Shown here one piece after another: positions 37,538 through 49,550 of a stretch of DNA of 64,000 nucleotides. The notes beneath the pieces were generated by a model, which had not been told where the DNA came from, did no database searches, and was given only the letters and a program-made list of their open reading frames with translations. The translations under genes and the position numbers were made by a program. The DNA is from Eledone cirrhosa. Lineage: Eukaryota. Numbering within the stretch: position 1 is the first letter of the stretch; the number at the start of each line of letters is the position of its first letter. The stretch is from assembly GCA_964016885.1 (NCBI GenBank), contig OZ024741.1:154380001-154444000 (forward strand), given 5' to 3'.

Positions 37538-38870
37538 CAAAATCGGTACAGTATATGGAAGGAATATATTAGTTTAATGCTTGAAATAGCAGGAAGATAG
37601 TCTTAAAGTTTCAAATGCTAGTCCTTCATCAGAAGAAAGATTGAAGGGACGGGCAGGGCGGAATCGGAAAAAATAACAGGTCCATTTCAAGCATTAATCT
37701 AATATATTACTCCCATATACTGTACTGATTTTGATGTTATTTCTGTTTAGCTTTGACATACATATATATGTATATGCACATACAACAACAATAACTTTTC
37801 ACTCCTCCCGTTTTCCCCTCCTACATTTATATTGTGATGGACAGACAGGGAGAAACAGGTTCTCTTTTATAATATAGATAGATTGAAAGAAATGGGATTT
37901 TTTTTTTCATATATGTGTAATATATATAACAATATTGTGTACAGATCAAGCTGTGGTACGAGTGTCGACTGAAAGGTTCGTAGGTTGACTATCAAGTAGT
38001 GATGATAGAGCTGTGAAATCTTGCATTCATTAATTTCAACTTTCCTTATTAATAACTGCCTTGTTTCTTTCCATGTTGAAAAATAAAGCTCATTTGGTCA
38101 TTCCATGAGAGTAACTTGGTTAGCTCTTGCATTACTCAAAATAACTTAGCTCAAAATGAATGGAATCGTTTCATGTGGGTGCTTGCTACTTACTGTTGCT
38201 GTGCACCTTCCACATTCTTTGTTAGTCATCCCGAGATCCCATTACATATCTTGTGTACCCATAATTTACAATACCCTGTCACCCTTTCCTACTTATTTGG
38301 ACTTTAGTCTTGGCTTGGTTGACATAGTATTAGACCCAACTAAACGTGATCAAAGACTGGATGAACTGAAAAATATACTTATCTAGAGCCTTCCCACCAA
38401 TGGAATAGAAAGGGCAAAACAGATATTCAGGATCTAAGGAAAATAAAAATGGGAATTACATTTTACCATATGTATTAACTTTCAACCCCAGAAATGTTGA
38501 AATATTTCACAACCTCCATTAAAACCTTCCCATTCTAAATTAAGACAAAAAGAAAATTTCACCTGCAACTCCGAAAATGTAATCTATATGGTAACATACT
38601 GTGTATGTCTGCAAAATTACATAGAAGAGATGGGATTGTCATTTTGCAAAAGAATGGCCATACAGAGCCAACAAATCGATGTTGAAAACATCAGACAAAT
38701 CTCCTTAAGTAGTCACATTCCAACATATGGGAATGAATTTAACCAACTTAAAAATATTCACTTTCTACCAATCTCTTTTACTGAACAACAGAGAATAAAT
38801 ATAGAAAAACAATTTATGAACAAATATAAACCACACTTAAATGTGAAATTGCTACCCATTAGATATTAAA
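37538..38870 (+). mobile_element. Penelope-like remnant: inverted pLTR piece, RT thumb and GIY-YIG endonuclease
   Basis: FTCNSENVIYMVT.CVC.QNYI.E.G...EKQFMNKYKPHLN; 50-bp inverted repeat 37538-37587/37684-37733. Confidence 0.75.
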
Positions 38871-41800
38871 CAATAATCTAATGATGTAAACAACAAAATT
38901 ACACACATCAGTGTGTTCAAGTACACACACGCACAAACATGTCAAGATAAAAGAAAAATCATCACTTTTCCAAAATAACTCATTACCAAAGACTATTTTC
39001 ACAATTGGAAATTGGAGGTTTTTATTAAATTTTTTTCCCCCAACTTTTAGTCATGTGGATATGAATGAACGGAACCTGATATTAACAGCTGTTACAATGA
39101 ACATGATAATATCTGTGTGGTTTTTGGTGGTGTTGTTACTGCTGTTGTTGGTTGGGGTCTTGTTGGTGCTGTTGCTGTTGTTTTTGTTATCAAAGATGAA
39201 AGAATTGATTTTAATAGACTTGAAAAAAATACTTTCTGAAAAAAAAACAAAAAGAACATGCTGAATCAATGTTTCTCTCTCTCTAACCTTTTATACTTTT
39301 TTCTACTTCAAACCTAGTATTGTCAATTTTGTTTTGTTTAGAAAATTGATGGAATCATTAGATTAAAGGCCCTAGCAACTCGATCTATCACTTCCTATCT
39401 GCCTCTTGTTGCTTAACAGCTGTCATTCATTCAAAATACAATAATATCAATAATAATAATGATTTTTTTTATTGAATAAAACGAGGATAGAAAACAAAAC
39501 AAATGGGGGTCAATGAACTGAAGGAGACAGAGTAGTTGGAACTTTTTCCGATGACCTTTTTGTCATTCTAATACAGCAAATCAGGTTGGTGCTAAGGTCC
39601 AACTTTGTCGATATAACCTCTGTTTTGACAAGAGTAAGCAGCCTCAGTTATTCTTTTAAAAGTTAATGTCCTATCATTATTGCTGTAGGCCTCAAAAACA
39701 GTTTTCTACACTTTCTATATTTCTATAATGCTATATATATATCATCATCATCACTGTTTAATGTCTATTTTTCCACACTAGTATGGGTTTGATGAGTTGT
39801 CCTATTATGAGACAAGCCAGATCAGGTGACAGTAACTTTCTCATACAGAACTATTTCTGGCTTGGTTTCTATGACCGAGTACCCTTCCTAATGCCAACCA
39901 CATTTACAGTGTGGACTCTGTGCTTTTTTGTTGTGACACCTACATGACCACTTTACTGTGTGGCCTGGGCATTTTTTGTCATGACACCTACAAGACCACT
40001 TTACAGTATGGATTGGGCGCTTTTTGTTGTGACACCTACAAGACCACTTTACAGAGTGGGTTGGGCACTGTTTGTTCCTATCAGAATAATGTGCCCCACT
40101 GCTCTCTTGTTCCCTTATTCGAGCGTCAGAACAATAGAAACTTAAGTTCTGTTGTGTAGGCAAGACTTCTCTCTCTATACTCATCCCATGCTTTAGACTC
40201 TCTTTCTTCCTTTCTCTCCCTGTCTCAGTTCAATACATGATAATATCTTAACCTGACTTTTTACTATACATATAGTATCCAGCTGTTTACACACATATCA
40301 TATACATATACAAAAACACACATCATATACATATACATAAACACACACATATATATATAGATATCATCATCCTTGTTGTCATTTAATGTCGATTTTTCAT
40401 GCTTGCATGGGTTAGATGGGTTGTTGCATTATGAGTCAAGTCAGACCAGGAGTCCACGGATCTGTATTTTGGCTTGGTTTCTACAGTTGAAATACAGATC
40501 CGTATGAACAAGACATGGTCTTCTGACATGATTTGTCTGGAGACCACCACCATTTTACATTCATTTTCCATGCTTGCATGTGTTAGACGAGGTAATACAT
40601 TCTAAAGCTAGACAGATGATTGAGTATTGCTAATATGTTCTATTCTGGCATAATGCCCTTCCCAATGCCAACCACTTGAGCTCTTTCATGGCTTACCACT
40701 ACCATCTAACAGGGTGGACTAGGTGTTTTTTCGTGGTACCAGAACTTCCACTTTACAGTGGGGACCAGATATATTTTATCATGGTACCAACACTACCACT
40801 CTTTAGAATGGCCTGAGTGCATTTTATCATGACACCAACACTTCAACTTTTCAGTGTGGGCTGAGTATATTTTATTGTGGTTTAAAATATGAATGTTCCA
40901 ATTGTTTGAATAATGGAACAGCCTGCTTATGAAATTCACATGAGAGTAGCTGAGTATTCCAAACATATCCTTAATGTTGTTCTCAGGAAGTCAAGACCTG
41001 TCCTTTGAATTACAGATATGACTCATTTCTGCCAGTTGAATGAACTGAAACAATGTGAAATAAAATGTCTTGATCAAAGACACAACACTCCAGCTGGACC
41101 AGTAAAGGCAATCACAACCTTATGATTGTGAGTTGACACCCCTAACCAATGTTGCTGGTGGTGGTGTTGTTGGGGATGTTGCTGTTGTTATTGGTATAGC
41201 TGTTGTTGGTGGTGTTGGTGGTGGTGTTGCTGTTGGTGTTGTTGATAGTGTTACTGGCAGTGTTGGAGTTGTTGTTGGTGTTGGTGTTGCTGTTGGTTTT
41301 GTTGTCACTGTTGTTGTTGTTGCCTCAGAATGTCCCGCAGTCACCAGTCTGTCAGTCTATCACGTGTGAACAATACACAAACTGTTAAACCACCGTGACA
41401 TACGAAGGCCAACTTTTGAATATTTCCATAACCAATGTAAATATCTCTACCTCTTCTTGTTTGACATTCCAGCAACCATCACCACCATCACCTCCAACAA
41501 CAACAACAACAACAACACTGTAACCACCATCACCACCACTGTAACTACCACCAACACCACTGTAATCAACATCCCCACAACAACCACTGTAACCACCATC
41601 ACCACCCTACCACTACTATTACCTTCAACACACTTCATTTGGTTAGTCAAGTCAACAAAGGGAACCTCTGCATAGTAGCCTGGCATGCTAAAACAGCAGC
41701 CAAATCTCTCAACTCTAGTGGAGTAGTGGTAGAACAAATTGACAAAGAAGTGAAAAGTCACATATTGAAAGTGTTATTGAGATGATGGGGTGGGATCTGG

Positions 41801-42964
41801 TGAGTGCAGCAAGTCCATACACAGTAGTGGATTAAAGTGGGGTGATGTTGATTGAGGTGTACCCAGGATCCTCACAATTTTTAAAAGCCCCACATTAATT
41901 TATTTGCTACAATAAATAATATCCAGAGGCCTCTAGTGAAATTTTCAGCCAGGTGTCTTATGCAAACTTAATCTGCCCCTAGCCATTATTTTGGAGGGGA
42001 CAGGTAAGCACTATGAAAATTGTTTTTGAAATCTGATTGATTTTAGGGGAAGATGAAAAAATATGGTTGGTTGTGGTGGTGGTGGTAGGTCATCAATATA
42101 AGGGACAATATCAATACAAGGCTGACCCCTCACCAGTGGTGTGGGGGTTGAATGGGCTGTAGCCAATATTTAAACTGGCTATATCTGACCAGAATTCTCT
42201 CACCTTTTTCTGTTCAAACCAGCCATAACTGGCTCCTCATACCGATGTTAAGGTATTGTTCTCAAAATAAATAATAGCAAAATCTCATAGCTTCAATATT
42301 ATGTGAGATAAAACCTTTACTGTGAAAATACAATAGTAAATATAGAGTAATGTAAATGCTAAAGGATTAAATGACTCCAAATCAATTTTTTTTTTTTGCT
42401 GCCATAAATAATATATCATAGACCTAGATGAATCTCATAATAAGGAGGGAAAGAGAGGTAGATATACCCAAATTTCCTGATTACATGTGTTAAATGGTAA
42501 TAACTAATTACAATATAGGCGTCCTTTTCAGAAGTAAATTAAAATCAGTTCGATGCAAGGGTCCATTTTAAGTTTTCAGCCAGAGGACCCACAATGTTTA
42601 AAGTACCTCACATTAATTTATTTTTTACTTAAAATCATTTCGACTCAAGGGCCCCATTTCAAATTTCAACAAGGAACCCATGCTAGCTTAATCTATTCCT
42701 TCCCCTAACCAATCTATGTTTCAATTTTAGTAACAATCAGTCTATGATCATTGACTTTACATCATTACTTTCACTTTTGAGTGTTTCTCATAGAACTTTT
42801 AGGAGTGCAAATCAAAAGTATCATTATATTTTAACCCTTTTGACACCAAACTGCCTGAAACATTCCCTGGTTCTATAATCCAAAGCTGTTCACTTTAAAA
42901 TGTTTATATTTATCTCAGGCAATGTCTTTCATTAGAAATATGTTAGTGAAAAGGTTAAAGTGAT

Positions 42965-45900
42965 TATCATCATCACCGTTTTACGTCCGTTCTTCCACAC
43001 TAGCATGGGTTAGACGGGTTGTCCTGTTGTGGGCAGTGTCTGGTCGGCTGACCATGCCTTGCTCATACAGGAACTGATTTGGCTTGATTTCTACAGCTGG
43101 ATGCCCTTCCTAACACCAACCTCATTTACAGTGAGTGCTGGGTGCTTTTTCGTGGCGCCTACACGTCCACTTTACAGTGTGGGCTGGGTGCTTTTTTGCC
43201 ATGGCACCTCCACGACCACCTTGCGGTGGGTGGTGTGGGGGCATATTGTCTATATGCTTCAGCTTGTACCCATGGGAGGTCGGGTACTCTGTATTACTGC
43301 GTGACGCCAGAAGTCACGGTCGTGTGTCATTGTCTTTGAGAGGTGTAATTTGGTAAGGTCGGCTTTTATCACCTCATCCCAGGTCATCTTGGGTCTCCCC
43401 ACTCCGCGGTTTCCATCAACTTCTAGTGCTCTGCACCTTTTTATGCAGCTGTCATCCTTCATACGCACCACATGTCCATACCAGCGCAACCGCCTCTCCT
43501 GCACACAGCATTTGATTCCTCTTATGCTCAGTCTCTCTCTCAATTCATTTATGCTTTGTTGTTCACGTATATTACTGTTACACATCCATCGGAGCATGCA
43601 GGCTTCGTTTCTCTCTAATTTCTGTAAGTCTTCCACCTTCAGCGCCCAGGTCTCACTACCATGCAACATCGCTGTTCGGATACACGCATCATACAGTCTG
43701 CCTTTCATTCTGAGGGAGAAGCCTTTTGCAGCTAGCAGTGGTAGTAGTTCCCTAAACTTCTTCCATCCCGTTCCCACCTCCGCTGCTAATTCGGTCACCT
43801 AGGTAGCAGAAGCTGTCTACTGTTTCTACAGGGCCCTCCCAGAGATTGGTGGTACTTGTTTCCTGTGGCTGTTTGCTGCTTGTTGTCTCAGCACAGCTGC
43901 TGCATGTGAATCCTACATTCTTAATTAAGCTTCCTGAGATCCCGCTACATCTCTTGTGTACCCATTGTTTGCATTTGGGGTAGAGAATGGAGTTCCTACC
44001 TACACCTTTCCTACATACTGAGCAAGGCCATTTCCCTGAGGGGATCTGGGTTCTGTTTTCTCGTCTACTTACAAGGACCTTAGTCTTTGTCATGTTGACT
44101 TTGAGACCCTTTCTTTCTAGTCCCTGCTTCCAAGTTTGGAATTTATTCTCTAGTTCAACCATAGATTCAGCTATGAGTGCGAGGTCATCAGCATACAGGA
44201 GTTCCCATGGGCATCCGGTCTTAAACTCCTCCGTTATTGCCTGCAGGACTATGATGAACAGGAGAGGGCTAAGAACAGAGCCCTGGTGGACCCCAACCTG
44301 TACGCTAAATTCCTCGCTATACTCATTGCTAATCCTAACTTTGCTGACTGCTCCCCTATACATGGCTTGTACCGCTTTCACAAGCCATTCATCTACTCCT
44401 AGTTTTCTAAGAGCCCACCAGATTACAGCACGTGGAACTCTGACAAAGGCTTTCTCAAGGTCGACAAATGCCAAGTAGAGTGGCTTACTTTTAGCTAGGT
44501 ACTTTTCCTGTAATTGCCTCACAAGGAAGAGGGCATCAGTGGTGCCTCTTCCTGGTACAAACCCAAATTGCATCTCGTCTATTTTCACCCAGTCCCTAAT
44601 CAGCTGTGCTATAACTCTTTCTGTTACTTTCATGACCTGGTTCATCAACTTTATACCTCCATAGTTTCCTCTATCTAGTGCATCGCCTTTACCTTTGTAG
44701 CAGTTGACAATGATGCTACTGCACCAATCTTTTGGTATGGCACCTTCTAGTATTACCTGGTGGTTAACGATACGTGTGGTTATAGTGTGACCTACAGACC
44801 CAGATGCCTTCAGCATCTCGGCAGCTATACCCGATGGACCGGTTGCCTTCCCCATCTTCATATCTTTGATTGCCTTACTTACTACGCTGCTGCTGACTTG
44901 TACTGCTGGCCCCTCTATAGGGTCTACTTGGGGTAGGGTCTCTTCTTCCCATGCATTCTCCTCATTTAGTAATCTATCATAATGACTCTTCCATGCATCT
45001 TTCTTCTCAGCACTTGTGAGGGCAAGCTCACCTTTATCATTCCGGATACACTTCTCTCCAATGACATCACAACTATCTCTGACACACTGCCTCGCAATCT
45101 TGAATACCTCCTGTTTCTGGTCCTCACGTTGCAAAACATGCTTGAATTTTCTATCCTCTGCTTCCCTCCTAGCTAAGTATACTTGTCGCCTAGCTTCCCT
45201 CTTGGTCTCTATGTAATGTACCCTGCTCCCCCCGTTCTTCCATTCTTTCCATGCCTGTCTCTTGGCCTTAACTGCTTCATCTACCTTATTGTTCCACCAC
45301 CAAGTCACTCTCCTCCTGCTTGAGGTCTTACTCCAGCCACAGACCTCATCCGTCGCCTCTAGTAAATTATTTTTTAGGAACTCCCAGTTCTCTTCTACAT
45401 TAAATGTCTCTATCTGTTCTTCTTTACTGTCGTAGGCGTTGAGTAAAATATCTTTAAATCTGTTACTGGTTGAGGGGACTTTCAGCTTCCAGATCTTTCT
45501 TCTCCAGGTTGGCCTCTGTTTCCGGGTTCGTCTAGTTCTGACCGTGAGGTCGCTGACAACTAAGCTATGTTGGGATGTACATTCCTCACTAGGAAAGGCT
45601 TTTGTGTTTACGACCGTTCATCTGTCACGTCCTCTGATGAGGATAAAATCTAACTGACTAGAGTGCTCCCCTGATCTATAGGTGATCAGGTGGTTGTCGG
45701 GTTTTTTAAAGTTTGTGTTACATATCGACATGTCATTGGCGTCACAGAATTCTAGAAGTCTGAATCCTTCCTCATTCCTTGTGCCAACCCCATGGCCTCC
45801 ATGTACTCTATTGAAGCCGTTAAAATCTCCTGCGATGATTAGGAAGTCATTGTCGTCTGTTAGAGCAGTAGTGTGCATTAGGAACTCGTAAAACCTATCC

Positions 45901-46015
45901 TTAAGTTCTTCTGACAGCCCCAATTGGGGTGCGTAAGCTGATATTATTGTGGTAATTGTTTTATTCAGGACTAGTCTGAGTTTAATGATTCTTGCATTTA
46001 CCCTGTACACTGAGA
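42965..46015 (-). mobile_element. Long, lightly damaged RTE LINE (APE-RT-PHD-like finger-3'UTR-(GAT)n)
   Basis: ORFs 45618-46010 (APE), 43752-45308 (518 aa RT with LLYADDL), 43259-43798. Confidence 0.96.
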
Positions 46016-47331
46016 TTATATCTATCTAAAAACTTTCCAACAGAATTTCATGTAAGAATCTTTATTAAGTTATGTTCCAAGTACCAGATAAATAATGAGA
46101 TTAGAAATATGGTAACAAAAGGGTTAAATTTGGATTTACTTGAAATAGTGATGAAATGACATTCTTCCTTCCCTACTTAAAAAAGGTAATGAAAATATGT
46201 TCCCATAACACTACACAATTGCTCAACTCACACTCCTACTACAATCTTAGATGGAGAAAAGAACACAATATATATCTGGAATGAAAAGGATTCAGTTTCA
46301 ACTTGAGTGTTCCAGTTGTTTGATCAATGGAACATTATCATCATCATCATCATCACCATTTTATGTCCATTTTTCCATGCTAGCATGGGTTAGACGAGTT
46401 GTCCTGTTGTGGGCAATACCAGGTCAGGTAGCCATGTATTGCTATACAGAACTGTTTCTGGCTTGATTTCTACAGCTGGATGCCCTTCCTAATGCCAACC
46501 ACATTTACAGTGAGTGCTGGGTGCTTTTTGCCGTGATGATACACAAACACTTTACAATGGGAGGTGGCGGGGGCATACTTTATATATGCTTCAGTTTCAG
46601 TCTGTACCCGTGGGAAGTTGGATCTTCTGTACTATTGCGTAATGCCAGCGGTCTCGGTCCTGTGTCAAGTTTACTTATCAAATTAGCATGCAAATTGTTG
46701 ATCATTCCATAGACATGTATACTCTAAACATAATTCTCAAGGAGATTCAGTATAACACAGTATGTAACAAGGATGGACTTTTGAATTGACTTGAATCAAT
46801 ATGATTGGCTAAAATCCCTTCAAGGCAGTGTCCCAGCATGGCCGCAGTCTAATGACTAAAACTAATTAAAAACAATAGAATAAAGTAATAAAAAAAAACT
46901 GTTTCATTGCTTTGCTGAAACCTTCGGGATGGCACGTTTGATGTAGATTTTTTCAGATTTAAAGTGAATCCAGTGGGTGAAATAAGTGCATAAACACACC
47001 TGTAGAAACATTGTGACAGGTCTTTTAGACCAGTTTAATAATTCCAACATTGAATGGAATCTGATTTACATCAGAACAACTCCGGAAGTGTATATTGGTG
47101 AAATGCTGTGGAGGTTTAGTTGAGTTTACGTGATAGGAAACCTGTTTCAAGCTATAGGAACAACAAGAATGATGTTGACAAGGAGTTTGATGTGGAAGAA
47201 AGGTCACAATTGTTAAACCTTTCAGGTCACTTGAAAGTTTGGCAATACTTGTTTACATTCTGCTTTAATGTACTTGGTGAACTTTAGTTTAGTTTGTTAA
47301 TGCCCACAAATATATATACACTAGTGGACCC

Positions 47332-47555
47332 GTGCCATCAATAATAACTGTTTCTACTTTTAGCACAAGGCCAGCAATTATCCCAGTGCATTACTGGTAT
47401 TTTACTTTATCAACCCTGTAAGAATGAAAGGCAAAGTTAACCTTGGTGGGATTTGAACTCAGACCGTAAAGGGCCGTAACTCTATGATGCAAAGCACGTC
47501 GTCTGACACTCTATTGATACTGCCAATCCACCGCCCTTGTGCCATCAATAATAAC
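47332..47555 (-). mobile_element. SINE with 17-bp target-site duplication gtgccatcaataataac
   Basis: Identical repeats at 47332-47348 and 47539-47555. Confidence 0.85.
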
Positions 47556-47779
47556 AGCAATAGTGCTTAATGTATCTAATTTTTGGAGTCCAGGCTCGGT
47601 ATGCCATATACACCAGGATTACTGGATATGTGAACAATCATGTAAACTGAGAAATTTGTGTTTTGATAAAGAAAGGGTTTGCATAAGAGAACCCCTATAA
47701 TTTATGTTGATTACTGACACTGACATGTAGACATTTATTTCTAGGATATAAATACATAAATGTTCTGCATATATTTACA

Positions 47780-48355
47780 GATTAGCATGGGAGCGGGGTG
47801 TTCCGAGGCCATAGTATCTAGAATAAGGACAGGTTGGAAGAAGTTTAGGGAGCTGCTCCCTCTGTTGACAAAGAAGGGTTTCTCCTTGCATACGAAAGGA
47901 CGGTTATATGATGCCTGTGTGAGATGCGTGATGCTGCATGGTAGTGAGACATAGGCAGCAACTGCAGAAGATATGCGACGGCTGGAGAGAAATGAATCAA
48001 GTATCCTCCGTTGGATGTGCAATGCCAATGTGCGTGAATGACCAAGCATAGACGAGTTGAGAAAGAAACTGGGTATAAGAGGGATAAGTTGTGGTGTGCA
48101 GGAGAGAAGGCTGAGATGGTATGGAGATGTGATGTGCATGGAGGATGACTGCCAAGAAATCCCAGTAGAAGGAAAATGCAGTAGAGGTAGACCATGAAAA
48201 ACATGGGCGGAGGTGGTGAGAGCAGACCTCAGATCGCTGAAACTCACCAAGGAGATGACGAAGGACCGTGACAAGTGGAGAGATGCTGTGCTGAATAGGA
48301 TCAGTCCAACGCTTGCTAGCAGGGAAAAGCGGACGTAAAATGATGATGATGATGA
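47780..48355 (+). mobile_element. RTE LINE 3' fragment
   Basis: RIRTGWKKFRELLPLL..MLHGSET; (GAT)n tail. Confidence 0.88.
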
Positions 48356-48358
48356 CAT

Positions 48359-48679
48359 AGAGGTAAGTGGTGATACTCGTGAGGGCGCTTGGTTGTTCCA
48401 GCGCATCAGCCTCGCCATCACCCGAGGTAATGCTGCGAGCATGCTGGCATGCCTCAAATATTATAGAGGTAACTGATGATGTTCGTGAGGGCGCTTCGTT
48501 GTTCCAACGCATCAGCCTCGCCATCACCCGAGGTAATGCTGCGAGCATGCTGGCATGCCTCAAATATTATAGAGGTAACTGATGATGTTCGTGAGGGCGC
48601 TTCGTTGTTCCAACGCATCAGCCTCGCCATCACCCGAGGTAATGCTGCGAGCATGCTGGCTTGCCTCAAAAATGATTAG
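48359..48679 (+). repeat. 106-bp tandem repeat x3 encoding a CRE-like retroelement C-terminus (LFQRISLAITRGNAASML)
   Basis: Units start at 48359, 48465, 48571; QRISxAIxRGNA motif of REL-endonuclease non-LTR elements. Confidence 0.75.
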
Positions 48680-49139
48680 AGAGATTTCCCAGTGCTTCTC
48701 ACGATACTGTTATCTTTTATTCTGGTAGCAGTTCGGTTGTCCACCCGTTTCTCCTCCCTTTTGTTGTATGTGGTTCTAGATATATGTATTACTTGCTTTG
48801 TATATAGTACATGTTTGTGTTTTCATTCTGTAACCATTATATTATTATATTTTTTTTATACAACTGTGAAAAATAACTATTTTCAGGGACAAATGAAGGA
48901 TTAGAACCCAGGTTCTTGTGCTTGGAAAGTAATTTTATTATTGTAGCAAATGAGATAGGAAATACATTGTGTGTACGTGTGTGTATGTGTGTGCATGCAT
49001 GTTTGTATAAATTTAAAAAAACAATACAGACAAAGATGTATATAAATAGATATACAATACACATGGCATATTATGGTATAGACTCAGCATGGTGAAATAG
49101 CTTAGACGTTCACTTAGCAATCATTAAGTTTCTTCCTCC

Positions 49140-49550
49140 ACAAAAACACTCAGGCACACAGGGAACACAAACACACACAGACATCTCACACACCCAGACA
49201 TCTCACACACCCACAGGGACAAACACACACATTGACACACACACAAACACTCAGACACATAGGGAACACACACACACACACAGACATCTCACACACCCGC
49301 AGGGACAAACACACACATTGACACACACACTCACAGACACACAAAAAACACACACTCATAGACATACATTCACACACACACACACACATACTAACTGACA
49401 TGCAAACACACACACTCATAGACATACATTCACACACATGGGCAGTCCACACATCCACAGGGACAAACACACACACATTGACACACATAGACACACACTC
49501 ACAGACATACAAACATACACACTTATAGACATACATTCACACACACACAC
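49140..49550. repeat. Compound (CA)n-rich satellite
   Basis: Direct inspection. Confidence 0.9.

Noticed and set aside
47741-48669. Overlapping minus-strand ORFs (MRHASMLAALPRVMAR...)
   Set aside because: Antisense translation of the 106-bp tandem repeat and adjacent RTE
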